Positions 17,658 to 26,336 are shown, numbered from the stretch's first letter. The stretch is DNA of 32,000 nucleotides from Geobacter sulfurreducens PCA (GCF_000007985.2 NC_002939.5:2550001-2582000), one strand, 5' to 3'. Translations and numbers: made by a program. The notes: a model not told the origin generated them from the letters alone.

Positions 17658-19553
17658 ATGGAAAAGAACGGCACGGTACATACCGGCACTGTTCGTCAGT
17701 CACTGGGACTGAGCCTGGCCGCCCTGGGGGTCGTCTATGGCGACATCGGCACGAGCCCCCTCTATGCCATGCGCGAGTGCTTTCACGGCACACACCCCCA
17801 CCCCGCCACCCCCGACAACGTCCTGGGCGTTCTTTCGCTGATCGTCTGGGCCTTGATTCTCATCGTCTCCCTCAAGTACCTGGTGTTTGTCCTCAGGGCC
17901 GACAACCGGGGTGAAGGGGGCATCCTGGCCCTGACGGCGCTGCTCAACCCCTGGGGGGATGAAAACCGGCCGCCGCGCAAGGTCCTGGTGTTTCTCGGAC
18001 TCTTCGGCGCGGCCCTGCTCTACGGGGATGGAACGCTCACCCCGGCCATATCGGTCCTGAGCGCCATCGAAGGGCTCAAGATCGCGACCCCCCTGTTTCA
18101 CCCCTACATAGTTCCCATCACCGTCGTCATCCTGATCCTGCTCTTCCTCATCCAGCACCGGGGCACGGCCCGCGTGGGCGCGCTCTTCGGCCCGGTCATG
18201 GTTCTCTGGTTCACGGTGCTCGCCCTGCTCGGGATCAGGGGAATCATGATGGCCCCGGAGGTGCTCGGCGCCCTGAATCCGCTCCATGCCGTCCTCTTTT
18301 TCGTCCGGGACGGGTGGAGCGGCTTTCAGGTTCTCGGCGCAGTATTCCTGGTGGTGACCGGAGGAGAAGCCCTGTACGCGGACATGGGACATTTCGGCCG
18401 GCTCCCCATCCGGTTGGCCTGGTTCTGCTGCGTTCTGCCGGCGCTGCTGCTCAACTACTTCGGGCAGGGGGCGTTGCTGCTGAGCGATCCGTCGGAGGCA
18501 ACGGAACCCTTTTACCACCTGGCTCCCCCTTGGGCGCTCTACCCTCTGGTCCTTCTTGCCACCCTGGCCACCATCATTGCGTCCCAGGCCGTGATCTCCG
18601 GCGTCTTTTCCCTCACCCGGCAGGCCATCCAGCTGAGATTGAGTCCCAGGATGAGGATCGTCCAGACCTCATCCGAGGAGATCGGGCAGATTTACATCCC
18701 GGCCGTCAACTGGGCCCTGATGCTCGCCACCATCACGCTCGTTGCCGGCTTCGGCAGTTCGAGCGGCCTGGCGGCGGCATACGGCGTGGCGGTCGCAACC
18801 ACCATGGTCATTACCGCCCTGCTCGTTCGCTTTGTCATGCTGGAACGCTGGCACTGGCATCCCCTGGCCGTTGCCGGGCTCACGGTAGTCTTTCTCACTG
18901 TCGACCTGGCCTTCTTCGGCGCCAACATCCTCAAGGTGGGCGCCGGGGGATGGATTCCGCTGGCCGCCGGGCTGGCGGTTTTCACCGTCATGATCACCTG
19001 GCGCAGGGGACGGGAGCTCGTCACCACTCATCTGCTGGCCCAGGCGACGCCCCTTCCCTCCTTTCTTGAGGAGCTCGCCGCAAAGCCTCCTCAACGAGTT
19101 CCCGGCACTGCCGTTTTCATGTCGGGAAGGCTCTTTCCCGCCCCTCCGACGCTCATTCATCACCTGGAACACAACAAGGTCCTCCACGAGCAGGTGGTGA
19201 TCCTCACCGTCCTGACCGAGGACATCCCCCGGGTATCCGCCTCCGAGCGGATCGAGCTGAAACGCCTGGGGCAGGGATTTTACCGGCTCATCGTGCGCTA
19301 CGGCTTCATGCAGAGCCCCAACGTGCCGGTCATCCTGCGGGAGTGCGAGCCGCTGGGGCTCGTTACCGATCCCGAGACAACCACCTTTTATCTGGGCCGC
19401 GAAACCCTTATCCCCACGGAAAAAGTCAGCGGAATGCCCCATTGGCGGGAAAAGCTCTTCGCCTTCATGTCCCGCAACTCTCTTCAAGCCACGGCATTTT
19501 ACAATCTCCCGCCCGACCGTGTGGTCGAACTGGGGCAGCAGGTGGAAATTTGA
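17658..19553 (+). CDS. kup: KUP/HAK/KT family potassium uptake transporter
   Basis: Carries the hallmark N-terminus LAALGVVYGDIGTSPLYA plus GEGGILAL, GGEALYADMGHFG, and the C-terminal cytoplasmic domain blocks GTAVFM and RYGFM. Confidence 0.92.
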   Translation: MEKNGTVHTGTVRQSLGLSLAALGVVYGDIGTSPLYAMRECFHGTHPHPATPDNVLGVLSLIVWALILIVSLKYLVFVLRADNRGEGGILALTALLNPWGDENRPPRKVLVFLGLFGAALLYGDGTLTPAISVLSAIEGLKIATPLFHPYIVPITVVILILLFLIQHRGTARVGALFGPVMVLWFTVLALLGIRGIMMAPEVLGALNPLHAVLFFVRDGWSGFQVLGAVFLVVTGGEALYADMGHFGRLPIRLAWFCCVLPALLLNYFGQGALLLSDPSEATEPFYHLAPPWALYPLVLLATLATIIASQAVISGVFSLTRQAIQLRLSPRMRIVQTSSEEIGQIYIPAVNWALMLATITLVAGFGSSSGLAAAYGVAVATTMVITALLVRFVMLERWHWHPLAVAGLTVVFLTVDLAFFGANILKVGAGGWIPLAAGLAVFTVMITWRRGRELVTTHLLAQATPLPSFLEELAAKPPQRVPGTAVFMSGRLFPAPPTLIHHLEHNKVLHEQVVILTVLTEDIPRVSASERIELKRLGQGFYRLIVRYGFMQSPNVPVILRECEPLGLVTDPETTTFYLGRETLIPTEKVSGMPHWREKLFAFMSRNSLQATAFYNLPPDRVVELGQQVEI

Positions 19554-19666
19554 ACGGGCACTGCAACTCCCCTGGAGGGAAATGATGGCAGCGTGATGAG
19601 CGCCCGGAAACCACCGGGACCATTGGAGCACCGGGTGGGTCACGAGGCGTAGCGAGGGATTGCACC

Positions 19667-22273
19667 ATGGCAACTGCACACGCGGACTACGGAAAACTGT
19701 CGGTCGAGGAAACGCTGGAGGCTCTGGGGACCAGCAGAGAGCGCGGGCTGCCCCAGGAGGAGATCGCGGCGCGGCTGAAGGAATACGGCCCCAACGAAAT
19801 CCCGAAAAAGGAAGAGTCGCTGTTTCAGCGAATCTCAAGGCGCTTCTGGGGGCCCATTCCGTGGATGATCGAAGCGGCGGCGCTGCTCTCCGCCCTGCTC
19901 CGGAAGTGGGACGATTTCACGATCATAGCGGTTCTCCTGCTTACCAACGCAGCCCTTGACTTCTGGCAGGAATCCAAGGCACTGAACGCCCTCAAGGTAT
20001 TGAAAAACAAGCTCGCAAAACAAGCCCTGGTTCTGCGCGACGGGAAGTTCACGTCGCTGGACGCCAGGAACCTGGTCCCCGGCGATATCATCAAGGTAAA
20101 GATCGGGGACATGATCCCGGCCGATATCAAACTCATTGACGGCGAATTCCTGCAGGCCGACCAATCGGCCCTGACGGGAGAATCCCTGCCGGTTGCCAAA
20201 AAGGCGGGGGATATCGCCTACTCAAACTCCATCGTCAAACAGGGAGAAATGATTGGCGTGGTTACCGCGACGGCGCTTGGAACCTTCTTCGGCAGGACGG
20301 TCGCGCTGGTGGCCAAGGCCCAAAAGGAGGAAAAGAGTCACTTCCAGAAGGCAGTGGTCCATATCGGCAATTACCTGATCCTCATCACCCTGTTCCTGGC
20401 GGCGATCATCCTGATCACGGCCATGTTCAGGCACGAGAACATGCTCGAAATCCTGAGGTTCACCCTGGTGCTCACGGTTGCGGCAATCCCGGTTGCCCTG
20501 CCGGCAGTGCTGACCGTGACCATGACGGTCGGGGCCATGAACCTGGCCAGGAAGCAGGCCATCGTAAGCCGGCTGGTCGCCATAGAAGAACTGGCCGGAG
20601 TCGATGTCCTCTGCTCTGACAAGACGGGAACGCTGACCCAGAACCGGATGACCGTCTCCGAACCGAAGGCGTTTGCCGGACATACGGTCGAAGAACTGAT
20701 GCGCGCGGCTGCCTTTGCCTCGAAGGAGGAAAACAGCGATCCGATCGAGATTCCCATCTTCGAGTATCTGCGGAAAACGGGAGGGCTCGACGATATGCCC
20801 GCCTATCGCCACCTAAAGTTCACCCCCTTTGACCCTGTGAGCAAGAGGACCGAAGCAACGGTTCAGCTCGCGGACACAACGCTTCTCGTCACCAAAGGGG
20901 CGCCCCAGGTGATCCTGGAGCTCTGCGGAGAGCGGGTCGACCGGCAGGCAATCCTGGACGCGGTCGAAGAGCTGGCCGAGAAGGGCTACCGGACGCTCGG
21001 CGTCGCGTCGAAACGCCCGGAAGACGGAATGTTCGACTTCCTCGGCCTGATTCCCCTCTTCGATCCCCCTCGTGAGGACTCGAAGTCCACCATTGAAGAA
21101 GCCGTGAAACTCGGGCTGCAGGTCAAGATGATCACGGGGGACAACCTGGCCATAGCAAAACAGATTGCCGCCGTCCTGGGAATCGGCACCACGATCTTCG
21201 ACGCCCGGGACCTGAGGGGCGCCAGTACCCGCGAACTTGTCCAGCTGGGAGCAATCGTCGCCAGGGCCGTTTATCTGAAGATGTCGGACGGGATAACCGA
21301 AGAGGAGGCGCAGCACTTTGCCAGGGGAGTCGTGAAGGAACTGGAGCGGGAGTTCGAGCGGATCGAGCTCCCGGAAGGATACGTTAAACGGCACGAATCG
21401 GAAATCATCGGGGTCATTGAAAGCGCCTCCGGGTTTGCCCAGGTATTCCCCGAAGACAAGTACCTCATAGTCGAAAAACTCCAGAAATCCGACCATATCG
21501 TCGGCATGACCGGTGACGGGGTGAACGATGCGCCGGCGCTAAAGAAGGCGGATGCCGGCATCGCGGTTTCCGGGGCGACGGACGCCGCCAGGGCGGCGGC
21601 CGACCTCGTTCTGCTGGCTCCGGGGCTCTCCGTGATCGTGGATGCGGTCAAGGGGGCACGGGTGACATTCGAGCGGATGAAGGGCTACAGCATCTTCCGG
21701 GTTGCTGAAACGATCAGGGTCATCCTGTTCATGACCGCCTCCATTGTCGTCTTCAACTTTTACCCGGTCACCGCCATCATGATCATCATCCTGGCATTCC
21801 TCAACGACATCCCTATCCTGACCATCGCCTACGACAACACGAAAGTGGATAACAGGCCGGTGCGCTGGAACATGACCGAGGTCCTCACGCTGGCCACGGT
21901 TCTCGGGGTTTCCGGGGTCATCTCGAGTTTCGGGATTTTCTACCTCGCCGAGGAATACATGCACCTCTCGCCGGCGGTGGTTCAGAGCTTCATCTTCCTG
22001 AAGCTCGTCGTCGCCGGCCATTCGACGATCTATGTAACCAGAACTGAAAAGCATTTCTGGCAGAAGCCCTTCCCCTCGCCCCTGCTCTTTTCCGCAACGA
22101 CTCTGACCGAAATCCTTGGGACGCTCTTTGCGGTCTACGGGGTCTTTCTGGCGTCGATCGGCTGGGGAAATGCCCTGCTGGTCTGGGGATACGCCCTGGC
22201 CTGGTTTGTCCTGAACGATTTCATCAAAGTCTGGACCTACAGGTACCTGCGGCGCGATGCAAACTCGGTCTAG
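19667..22273 (+). CDS. P-type ATPase, subfamily P3A (plasma-membrane proton-efflux type)
   Basis: P-type motifs are present: TGES (SALTGESLPV), CSDKTGTLTQN, KGAP, MITGD and GMTGDGVNDAPALKKADAGIAV. There is near-colinear similarity to plant AHA-type pumps as recalled, including LFDPPR, GFAQVFPEDKY and the M6 block AFLNDI with the conserved Asp. Confidence 0.88.
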   Translation: MATAHADYGKLSVEETLEALGTSRERGLPQEEIAARLKEYGPNEIPKKEESLFQRISRRFWGPIPWMIEAAALLSALLRKWDDFTIIAVLLLTNAALDFWQESKALNALKVLKNKLAKQALVLRDGKFTSLDARNLVPGDIIKVKIGDMIPADIKLIDGEFLQADQSALTGESLPVAKKAGDIAYSNSIVKQGEMIGVVTATALGTFFGRTVALVAKAQKEEKSHFQKAVVHIGNYLILITLFLAAIILITAMFRHENMLEILRFTLVLTVAAIPVALPAVLTVTMTVGAMNLARKQAIVSRLVAIEELAGVDVLCSDKTGTLTQNRMTVSEPKAFAGHTVEELMRAAAFASKEENSDPIEIPIFEYLRKTGGLDDMPAYRHLKFTPFDPVSKRTEATVQLADTTLLVTKGAPQVILELCGERVDRQAILDAVEELAEKGYRTLGVASKRPEDGMFDFLGLIPLFDPPREDSKSTIEEAVKLGLQVKMITGDNLAIAKQIAAVLGIGTTIFDARDLRGASTRELVQLGAIVARAVYLKMSDGITEEEAQHFARGVVKELEREFERIELPEGYVKRHESEIIGVIESASGFAQVFPEDKYLIVEKLQKSDHIVGMTGDGVNDAPALKKADAGIAVSGATDAARAAADLVLLAPGLSVIVDAVKGARVTFERMKGYSIFRVAETIRVILFMTASIVVFNFYPVTAIMIIILAFLNDIPILTIAYDNTKVDNRPVRWNMTEVLTLATVLGVSGVISSFGIFYLAEEYMHLSPAVVQSFIFLKLVVAGHSTIYVTRTEKHFWQKPFPSPLLFSATTLTEILGTLFAVYGVFLASIGWGNALLVWGYALAWFVLNDFIKVWTYRYLRRDANSV

Positions 22274-22356
22274 GCGCGTGTCAACCGGTGCGCCAGGGGA
22301 TCTGAGCCAACTCGGACCGGCGCAGCGAAGAACTCTGCTACCCCCTCCTGTCACAT

Positions 22357-22386
22357 AAAAAAGGGGGAAAGGTTTCCCTTTCCCCC
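22357..22386 (-). terminator. Rho-independent terminator downstream of actP
   Basis: A 10-bp perfect stem pairs 22363-22372 with 22377-22386. On the minus-strand RNA it reads GGGGGAAAGG-GAAA-CCUUUCCCCC followed by UUUUUU. It lies 31 nt after the actP stop. Confidence 0.8.
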
Positions 22387-22417
22387 AGCCCTGCCGATAT
22401 GCCGCCAAGGGCGGCTG

Positions 22418-24394
22418 CTAGTGGTCGACGGCTTTGGCCATGCCGATGCCGGTATTCTGGCGGACGTAGATCTCGTCGAACATTTCCTCGGAACGCCGGC
22501 TCGGGAAGGCCAGGCAACCGATGATCGCGGCGAGGAAGCCCAGCGGGATCGAGATGATGCCCGGGTTCTTGAGCGGGAAGAGCGGTGCGTCCAGGCCGAG
22601 CATGGACTTGCCGTCCTTGTTCTTCTCGTAGTCGGCCTTGGCCTTGTCGAGGTCCTTCATCTCCTTCTCGGTGAGGACCGCGCCGTCGGCCTGCTTCTTC
22701 TCCAGAACCGTAACCACCTTCTGGGCGTCGGCGGCAACCTTCTTCGGATAGGTCATGTTGGGGGAGATCATCACCAGGGCGATGGCAGCCACGGTGCCGA
22801 CCACCAGACCCGAGATGACGCCGGCGGTGTTGAACTTGCGCCAGAAGAGGGACATGACGACGACCGGCAGGTTGCCCGAGGAGGCAACGGCGAAGGCCAG
22901 GGCCACCAGGTGGGCAACGTTCTGATTCTCGGCCGCGATGCCGATGACAATGCCGGCGGCGCCGACGCAGAGGGAGGTGATCCGGGCGGCCATGACCTGC
23001 TCGTGCTGGTCGGCGTGGCCGTCCTTGATGACGTTCACGTAGATGTCGTGGGCGATGGCGGCGGAAGCGGCCAGAACCAGACCCGACACCACGGCCAGGA
23101 TGGTGGCGAAGGCAACGGCGCACAGGAACGCCAGAAGCAGGTCGCCGATGAACGGGGAGATGTCGCCGCCCAGTTGCTGGGCCAGCATCATGGCAGCCAT
23201 GTTGCCGCCTTTACCGACCTTGGAAATGGCTTGCGGAGTCACGTGGATGGCGGCGCCGAAGCCGAGAAGCGTGGTCAGGATGTAGAAGGAGCCGATGATG
23301 AACATGGCCACGATAACGGATTTGCGGGCGGCCTGGGCCGTGGGCACGGTGAAGAAGCGCATCAGGATGTGGGGCATGCCGGCGGTGCCGAGCACCAGGG
23401 CCATGCCGAGGGAGATCTGGTCGAGGGGCTGCTTCAGGAAGAGGCCTGGCTCGAGGAAGCGCTGCCCGTAATCGAAGCCCGCCACGGCGACGGGGTCCTT
23501 GAGAACCACCTTCTGGACGTGCTCGATGATGTTGGGGCTGGTGGCAATGTCGGTGAAGAACTGGAACGGGCTCATGCCCGACTTGAGGCCGACTAGGATC
23601 GAGAGCAGGAATGCGCCGGACATGAGGAGGCCGGCCTTGATGATCTGGACCCAGGTGGTGGCGGTCATGCCGCCGAACACGACGTAGCCGACCATGAGGA
23701 TACCGACGCCGATGATGGCGAACTTGTAGGGAATCCCGATCAGCAACTGCATCAGCTTGCCGGCGCCGACCATCTGCGCGGTCAGGTAGAAGGTGGAGAC
23801 CGTCACGGTCGAAAGAGCCGCAACTGCCCGGACCGGTTTGGGCTCGGTGCGGAAGGAGAGGATGTCGCCCAGGGTGTACTTGCCCGCGTTGCGGCAGGGC
23901 TCTGCCACGATCAGGAGCACCGTGATGTAGGCCACGAGCCAGCCTACCGAGTACATGAACCCGTCGTAGCCGTAGAGGGAGATGATCCCGGAAATCCCCA
24001 GGAAGGAGGCCGCGGACATGTAGTCGCCCGCAATGGCCCAGCCGTTCTGGGTGCCGGTGATGCCGCCGCCGGCGGTATAGAAGTCGGCGGCCGACTTGGT
24101 CCTCTTGGCCGACCAGACGACAACGGCCATGGTAACACCGATGATGATCAGGAAGATGGGGATGGTGACCATCGGGTTGGCCTTGATCTTCTTGGGCTCG
24201 GCCGAGGCCGGGGTGGCCATTTTGGCGGCGTCGGTGGCGGCGGGAGCGGTTGCCGCCGGAGCCGGGGCGGTGGCGGCCGGCGCTGTCGCGGCCGCCGGGG
24301 CGCCGGGGGCGGCCGGAGCCTTGGCAGGCTCTTCAGCGAAGGCGAACGAGCCCAGGGAGAGGGCCAGGGTGATGCCGGCAATCCATTTTCTCAT
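22418..24394 (-). CDS. actP: cation/acetate symporter (SSS family, ActP-like)
   Basis: Strong colinearity with E. coli ActP as recalled: DFYTAGGGITGTQNGWAIAGDYMSAASFLGISG, AQMVGAGKL, GGMTATTWVQIIKA, GTAGMPHILMRFFTV and AVAFATILAVVSGL. A GGAAGGAGG SD lies upstream. The gene is paired with an upstream DUF485 gene, as in yjcH-actP. Confidence 0.9.
   Translation of the reverse strand: MRKWIAGITLALSLGSFAFAEEPAKAPAAPGAPAAATAPAATAPAPAATAPAATDAAKMATPASAEPKKIKANPMVTIPIFLIIIGVTMAVVVWSAKRTKSAADFYTAGGGITGTQNGWAIAGDYMSAASFLGISGIISLYGYDGFMYSVGWLVAYITVLLIVAEPCRNAGKYTLGDILSFRTEPKPVRAVAALSTVTVSTFYLTAQMVGAGKLMQLLIGIPYKFAIIGVGILMVGYVVFGGMTATTWVQIIKAGLLMSGAFLLSILVGLKSGMSPFQFFTDIATSPNIIEHVQKVVLKDPVAVAGFDYGQRFLEPGLFLKQPLDQISLGMALVLGTAGMPHILMRFFTVPTAQAARKSVIVAMFIIGSFYILTTLLGFGAAIHVTPQAISKVGKGGNMAAMMLAQQLGGDISPFIGDLLLAFLCAVAFATILAVVSGLVLAASAAIAHDIYVNVIKDGHADQHEQVMAARITSLCVGAAGIVIGIAAENQNVAHLVALAFAVASSGNLPVVVMSLFWRKFNTAGVISGLVVGTVAAIALVMISPNMTYPKKVAADAQKVVTVLEKKQADGAVLTEKEMKDLDKAKADYEKNKDGKSMLGLDAPLFPLKNPGIISIPLGFLAAIIGCLAFPSRRSEEMFDEIYVRQNTGIGMAKAVDH
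24194..24328 (-). repeat. in-frame GC-rich low-complexity tandem repeat encoding an Ala/Pro/Thr linker in ActP
   Basis: Residues 23-67 read PAKAPAAPGAPAAATAPAATAPAPAATAPAATDAAKMATPASAEP, with iterated (T)APAA units. They sit directly after a predicted signal peptide (MRKWIAGITLALSLGSFAFA). Confidence 0.6.
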
Positions 24395-24408
24395 CGCAGA
24401 CCTCCTTC

Positions 24409-24717
24409 CTATTTGAGCTCATCCACCAGCTCGCGGGTGAGCCGGTCGAAGTCTTTGTTGGCCACGTGGGCGTAGTACATGGCGATCCCCCAGGAGACGA
24501 AGAACTGGGAGAGGGCGAACAGGTAGCCGATATTGATCCGACCCAGGATCTTGATCTTGAAGAGTCCCGGCGCATAGGCCGCGCCGATGGGGAGGAGGAA
24601 GTAGAAAACGGTCGAGAACACCCACCAGCCGACCAGGAATGTGGTCTTCTTCCGGTGGAGTTCCACGAATTTCGGATTGCGGGCGATGGCCGCCCAATCG
24701 TATTGCTTTTCAGCCAT
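24409..24717 (-). CDS. DUF485 family inner-membrane protein (YjcH-like ActP partner)
   Basis: 102 aa with two TM helices. The motif F.ELHRKKTTF is typical of DUF485. It lies 14 nt upstream of actP and has an AAGGAG SD. Confidence 0.85.
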   Translation of the reverse strand: MAEKQYDWAAIARNPKFVELHRKKTTFLVGWWVFSTVFYFLLPIGAAYAPGLFKIKILGRINIGYLFALSQFFVSWGIAMYYAHVANKDFDRLTRELVDELK

Positions 24718-24741
24718 GGGAGTTACTCCTTTCCTTGTGTG

Positions 24742-24756
24742 TTCATGGATAATGAA
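24742..24756. promoter_or_regulatory. 15-bp inverted repeat, candidate operator upstream of the DUF485-actP pair
   Basis: TTCATGGATAATGAA (TTCAT-N5-ATGAA) lies 25-39 nt upstream of the DUF485 start, in the 109-nt gap downstream of the IclR gene. Confidence 0.25.
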
Positions 24757-24826
24757 GCGGCGTCCCGCTCCCCCATTGTTGTCGTTGGCGCTCCACCACC
24801 TCCTTTCGCGATATCTGGCGTGGCCT

Positions 24827-25603
24827 TCAGCATGGTCCGTGCCCCAGCTTCATCGAGAGCAGGTCGGCCCCTTCCTGCAGAGAGGGGATAATCTCGCTCT
24901 CCAGCCGGTCGGCCACAGCCCTGAACGATGGCACGAGCATCGTGATCGCTCCGACCACTTTCCCGGCATAGTCCCGCACTGCCACGGCAACGCTCACGAT
25001 CCCGTCCCCGAGCCCACCGCAGTCGACGGCCACGCCCTTGTGTCGGATCTCGTGCAGTTCACTCAGCAACGATCCCACATCAAGCGAATTGTTTTTCCTG
25101 CCGCGCTTCTTTAAAAGATTCAACGGGTCGGCGCCCTCAAGAGCCTTGATGGCTTTGCCGGCCGCGTTCGTGAAATAGGGGAAACGCCTGCCGATGAGAG
25201 GCGTGGCCTTCACTTGACGCTCACAGTCGACCATGTCGAGAAACACAACGTCATCGCCCCGCAGAACGGTCATATAGACGGCTTCGTCATGCTTTCTCGC
25301 CAGTTCCTCCATGATCGGATGGGCATGGTTCACGACAGGGGCCTGGCGAATGAGCCTCTGGGCCAGTTCCAACGCCGCAACGCCAATCGCATAGGTGCCG
25401 GTTTCCGGGTCCTGCTCCACAAGGCCACGTTCGCACAGGGTAGAAAGAAGCCGATATGCCTTGTTTCTGGTCAGGTTGAGCGATCCGGCGAGCCTTCCAA
25501 GCGACGGATTAGCCGGCCGCATGGCCAGCAGTTCAAGCATGTCGAGCGCATTGCTGACAATCTGTATCGTGTAGGCAGGTCCTGCGAATTTGTCGTGTCG
25601 CAT
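24827..25603 (-). CDS. IclR family transcriptional regulator
   Basis: 258 aa. It has an N-terminal winged HTH (LDMLELLA...LGRLAGSLNLTRNKAYRLLSTLCERGLVEQDPETGTYAIG) and a C-terminal IclR effector-domain pattern (VAVAVRDYAGKVVGAITM). A GAGGTGAG SD lies upstream. Confidence 0.85.
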   Translation of the reverse strand: MRHDKFAGPAYTIQIVSNALDMLELLAMRPANPSLGRLAGSLNLTRNKAYRLLSTLCERGLVEQDPETGTYAIGVAALELAQRLIRQAPVVNHAHPIMEELARKHDEAVYMTVLRGDDVVFLDMVDCERQVKATPLIGRRFPYFTNAAGKAIKALEGADPLNLLKKRGRKNNSLDVGSLLSELHEIRHKGVAVDCGGLGDGIVSVAVAVRDYAGKVVGAITMLVPSFRAVADRLESEIIPSLQEGADLLSMKLGHGPC

Positions 25604-25875
25604 ACATGCTCACCTCACTCTTTCGTGAAATTGACGGATTCTTAACCCGGGCAGTGCAGAGCGCATTCCTTGATGCACCCGGTCAGAACCGGAAAGGAAC
25701 ACCATCACGGACACCGGATACACTGCCCCGGACCCGGAACCATCCACGTCATGCCACAACCGACGCAGAGCGGAGAGAACCGTCATGCACACCGGAGAGC
25801 CCGGCACGTGCAACTGCCCGTTCGACTGGAACGCGATGAAACTTGCTGCAGATTTGGCTGATTAGTCCGGCGAAA

Positions 25876-26184
25876 CTACGAGAGAGGTGGAGCTCGTGAG
25901 GAATGAGATGCAAGCAGGGGGGAATGAGGGGGAGAATAGATCTCGGGGACCAACTGACTATTCGGGATCGGCCTGGGCGGGGCGGGCAGGACTGCGGACA
26001 ACGTCACGACAGCCGAAACAGACTGAGCGACAACCCTGTCCGAGGTCTTGGATACGCTCTCGATGACGGCCCTGGGGCGCTGCTTCGGAGCCGGCGACCG
26101 GTTCAGGTCCGGATTTCTCATTCCCAGAACGACAAAGAATGAAGAAATGATGACCGTCACTATGAGGAGAGTTCGTTTGCTCAT
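25876..26184 (-). CDS. hypothetical small signal-anchored, proline-rich protein
   Basis: 102-aa ORF with an N-terminal hydrophobic segment (LLIVTVIISSFFVVLG) and a Pro/Ser-rich tail. GGGAG lies 11 nt upstream of the ATG. I recognise no homology, so coding status is uncertain. Confidence 0.35.
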   Translation of the reverse strand: MSKRTLLIVTVIISSFFVVLGMRNPDLNRSPAPKQRPRAVIESVSKTSDRVVAQSVSAVVTLSAVLPAPPRPIPNSQLVPEIYSPPHSPLLASHSSRAPPLS

Positions 26185-26231
26185 GCCCTACCCGGCTCCC
26201 ATTAATGGAATCCACAACACCTTATCACTAT

Positions 26232-26318
26232 TTTTCAAAACTCAAGCTACCGAAACAATACAATTTTCAACTCAAAGCAATCAGTCGCGAGATAGTTAAC
26301 CCTGTCAAACTTCAAGCC
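26232..26318. repeat. three imperfect direct repeats in the AT-rich intergenic island
   Basis: The copies are TCAAAACTCAAGC (26235-26247), TCAACTCAAAGC (26267-26278) and TCAAACTTCAAGC (26305-26317), spaced 32 and 38 nt apart. The first two are each preceded by TTT. Confidence 0.35.
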
Positions 26319-26336
26319 AAATATAACACCTTTTGA

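Noticed and set aside
22274-22356. A dedicated terminator for the P-type ATPase gene, the GGCGC-N12-GCGCC hairpin just after its stop.
   Set aside because: It is a short 5-bp stem with a large loop and no U-tract. The strong hairpin at 22363-22386 has its U-tract only on the minus strand, so I assign that one to actP. It may still act bidirectionally.
25803-25817. Sigma54-like element GGCACG-N-CTGC on the plus strand, and a second one on the minus strand at 26305-26319 (TGGCTTGAAGTTTGA).
   Set aside because: In the first, the GG-to-GC spacing is one nt too long, and no plus-strand gene follows for about 900 nt. The second has GA in place of the conserved -12 GC and deviates in the -24 box.
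25785-25865. 26-codon small ORF (MHTGEPGTCNCPFDWNAMKLAADLAD) with GGAGAG 8 nt upstream of its ATG.
   Set aside because: It is too short to support from sequence alone, has no recognisable peptide family, and lies in the probable promoter region of the IclR gene. It would need conservation or ribosome-profiling evidence.
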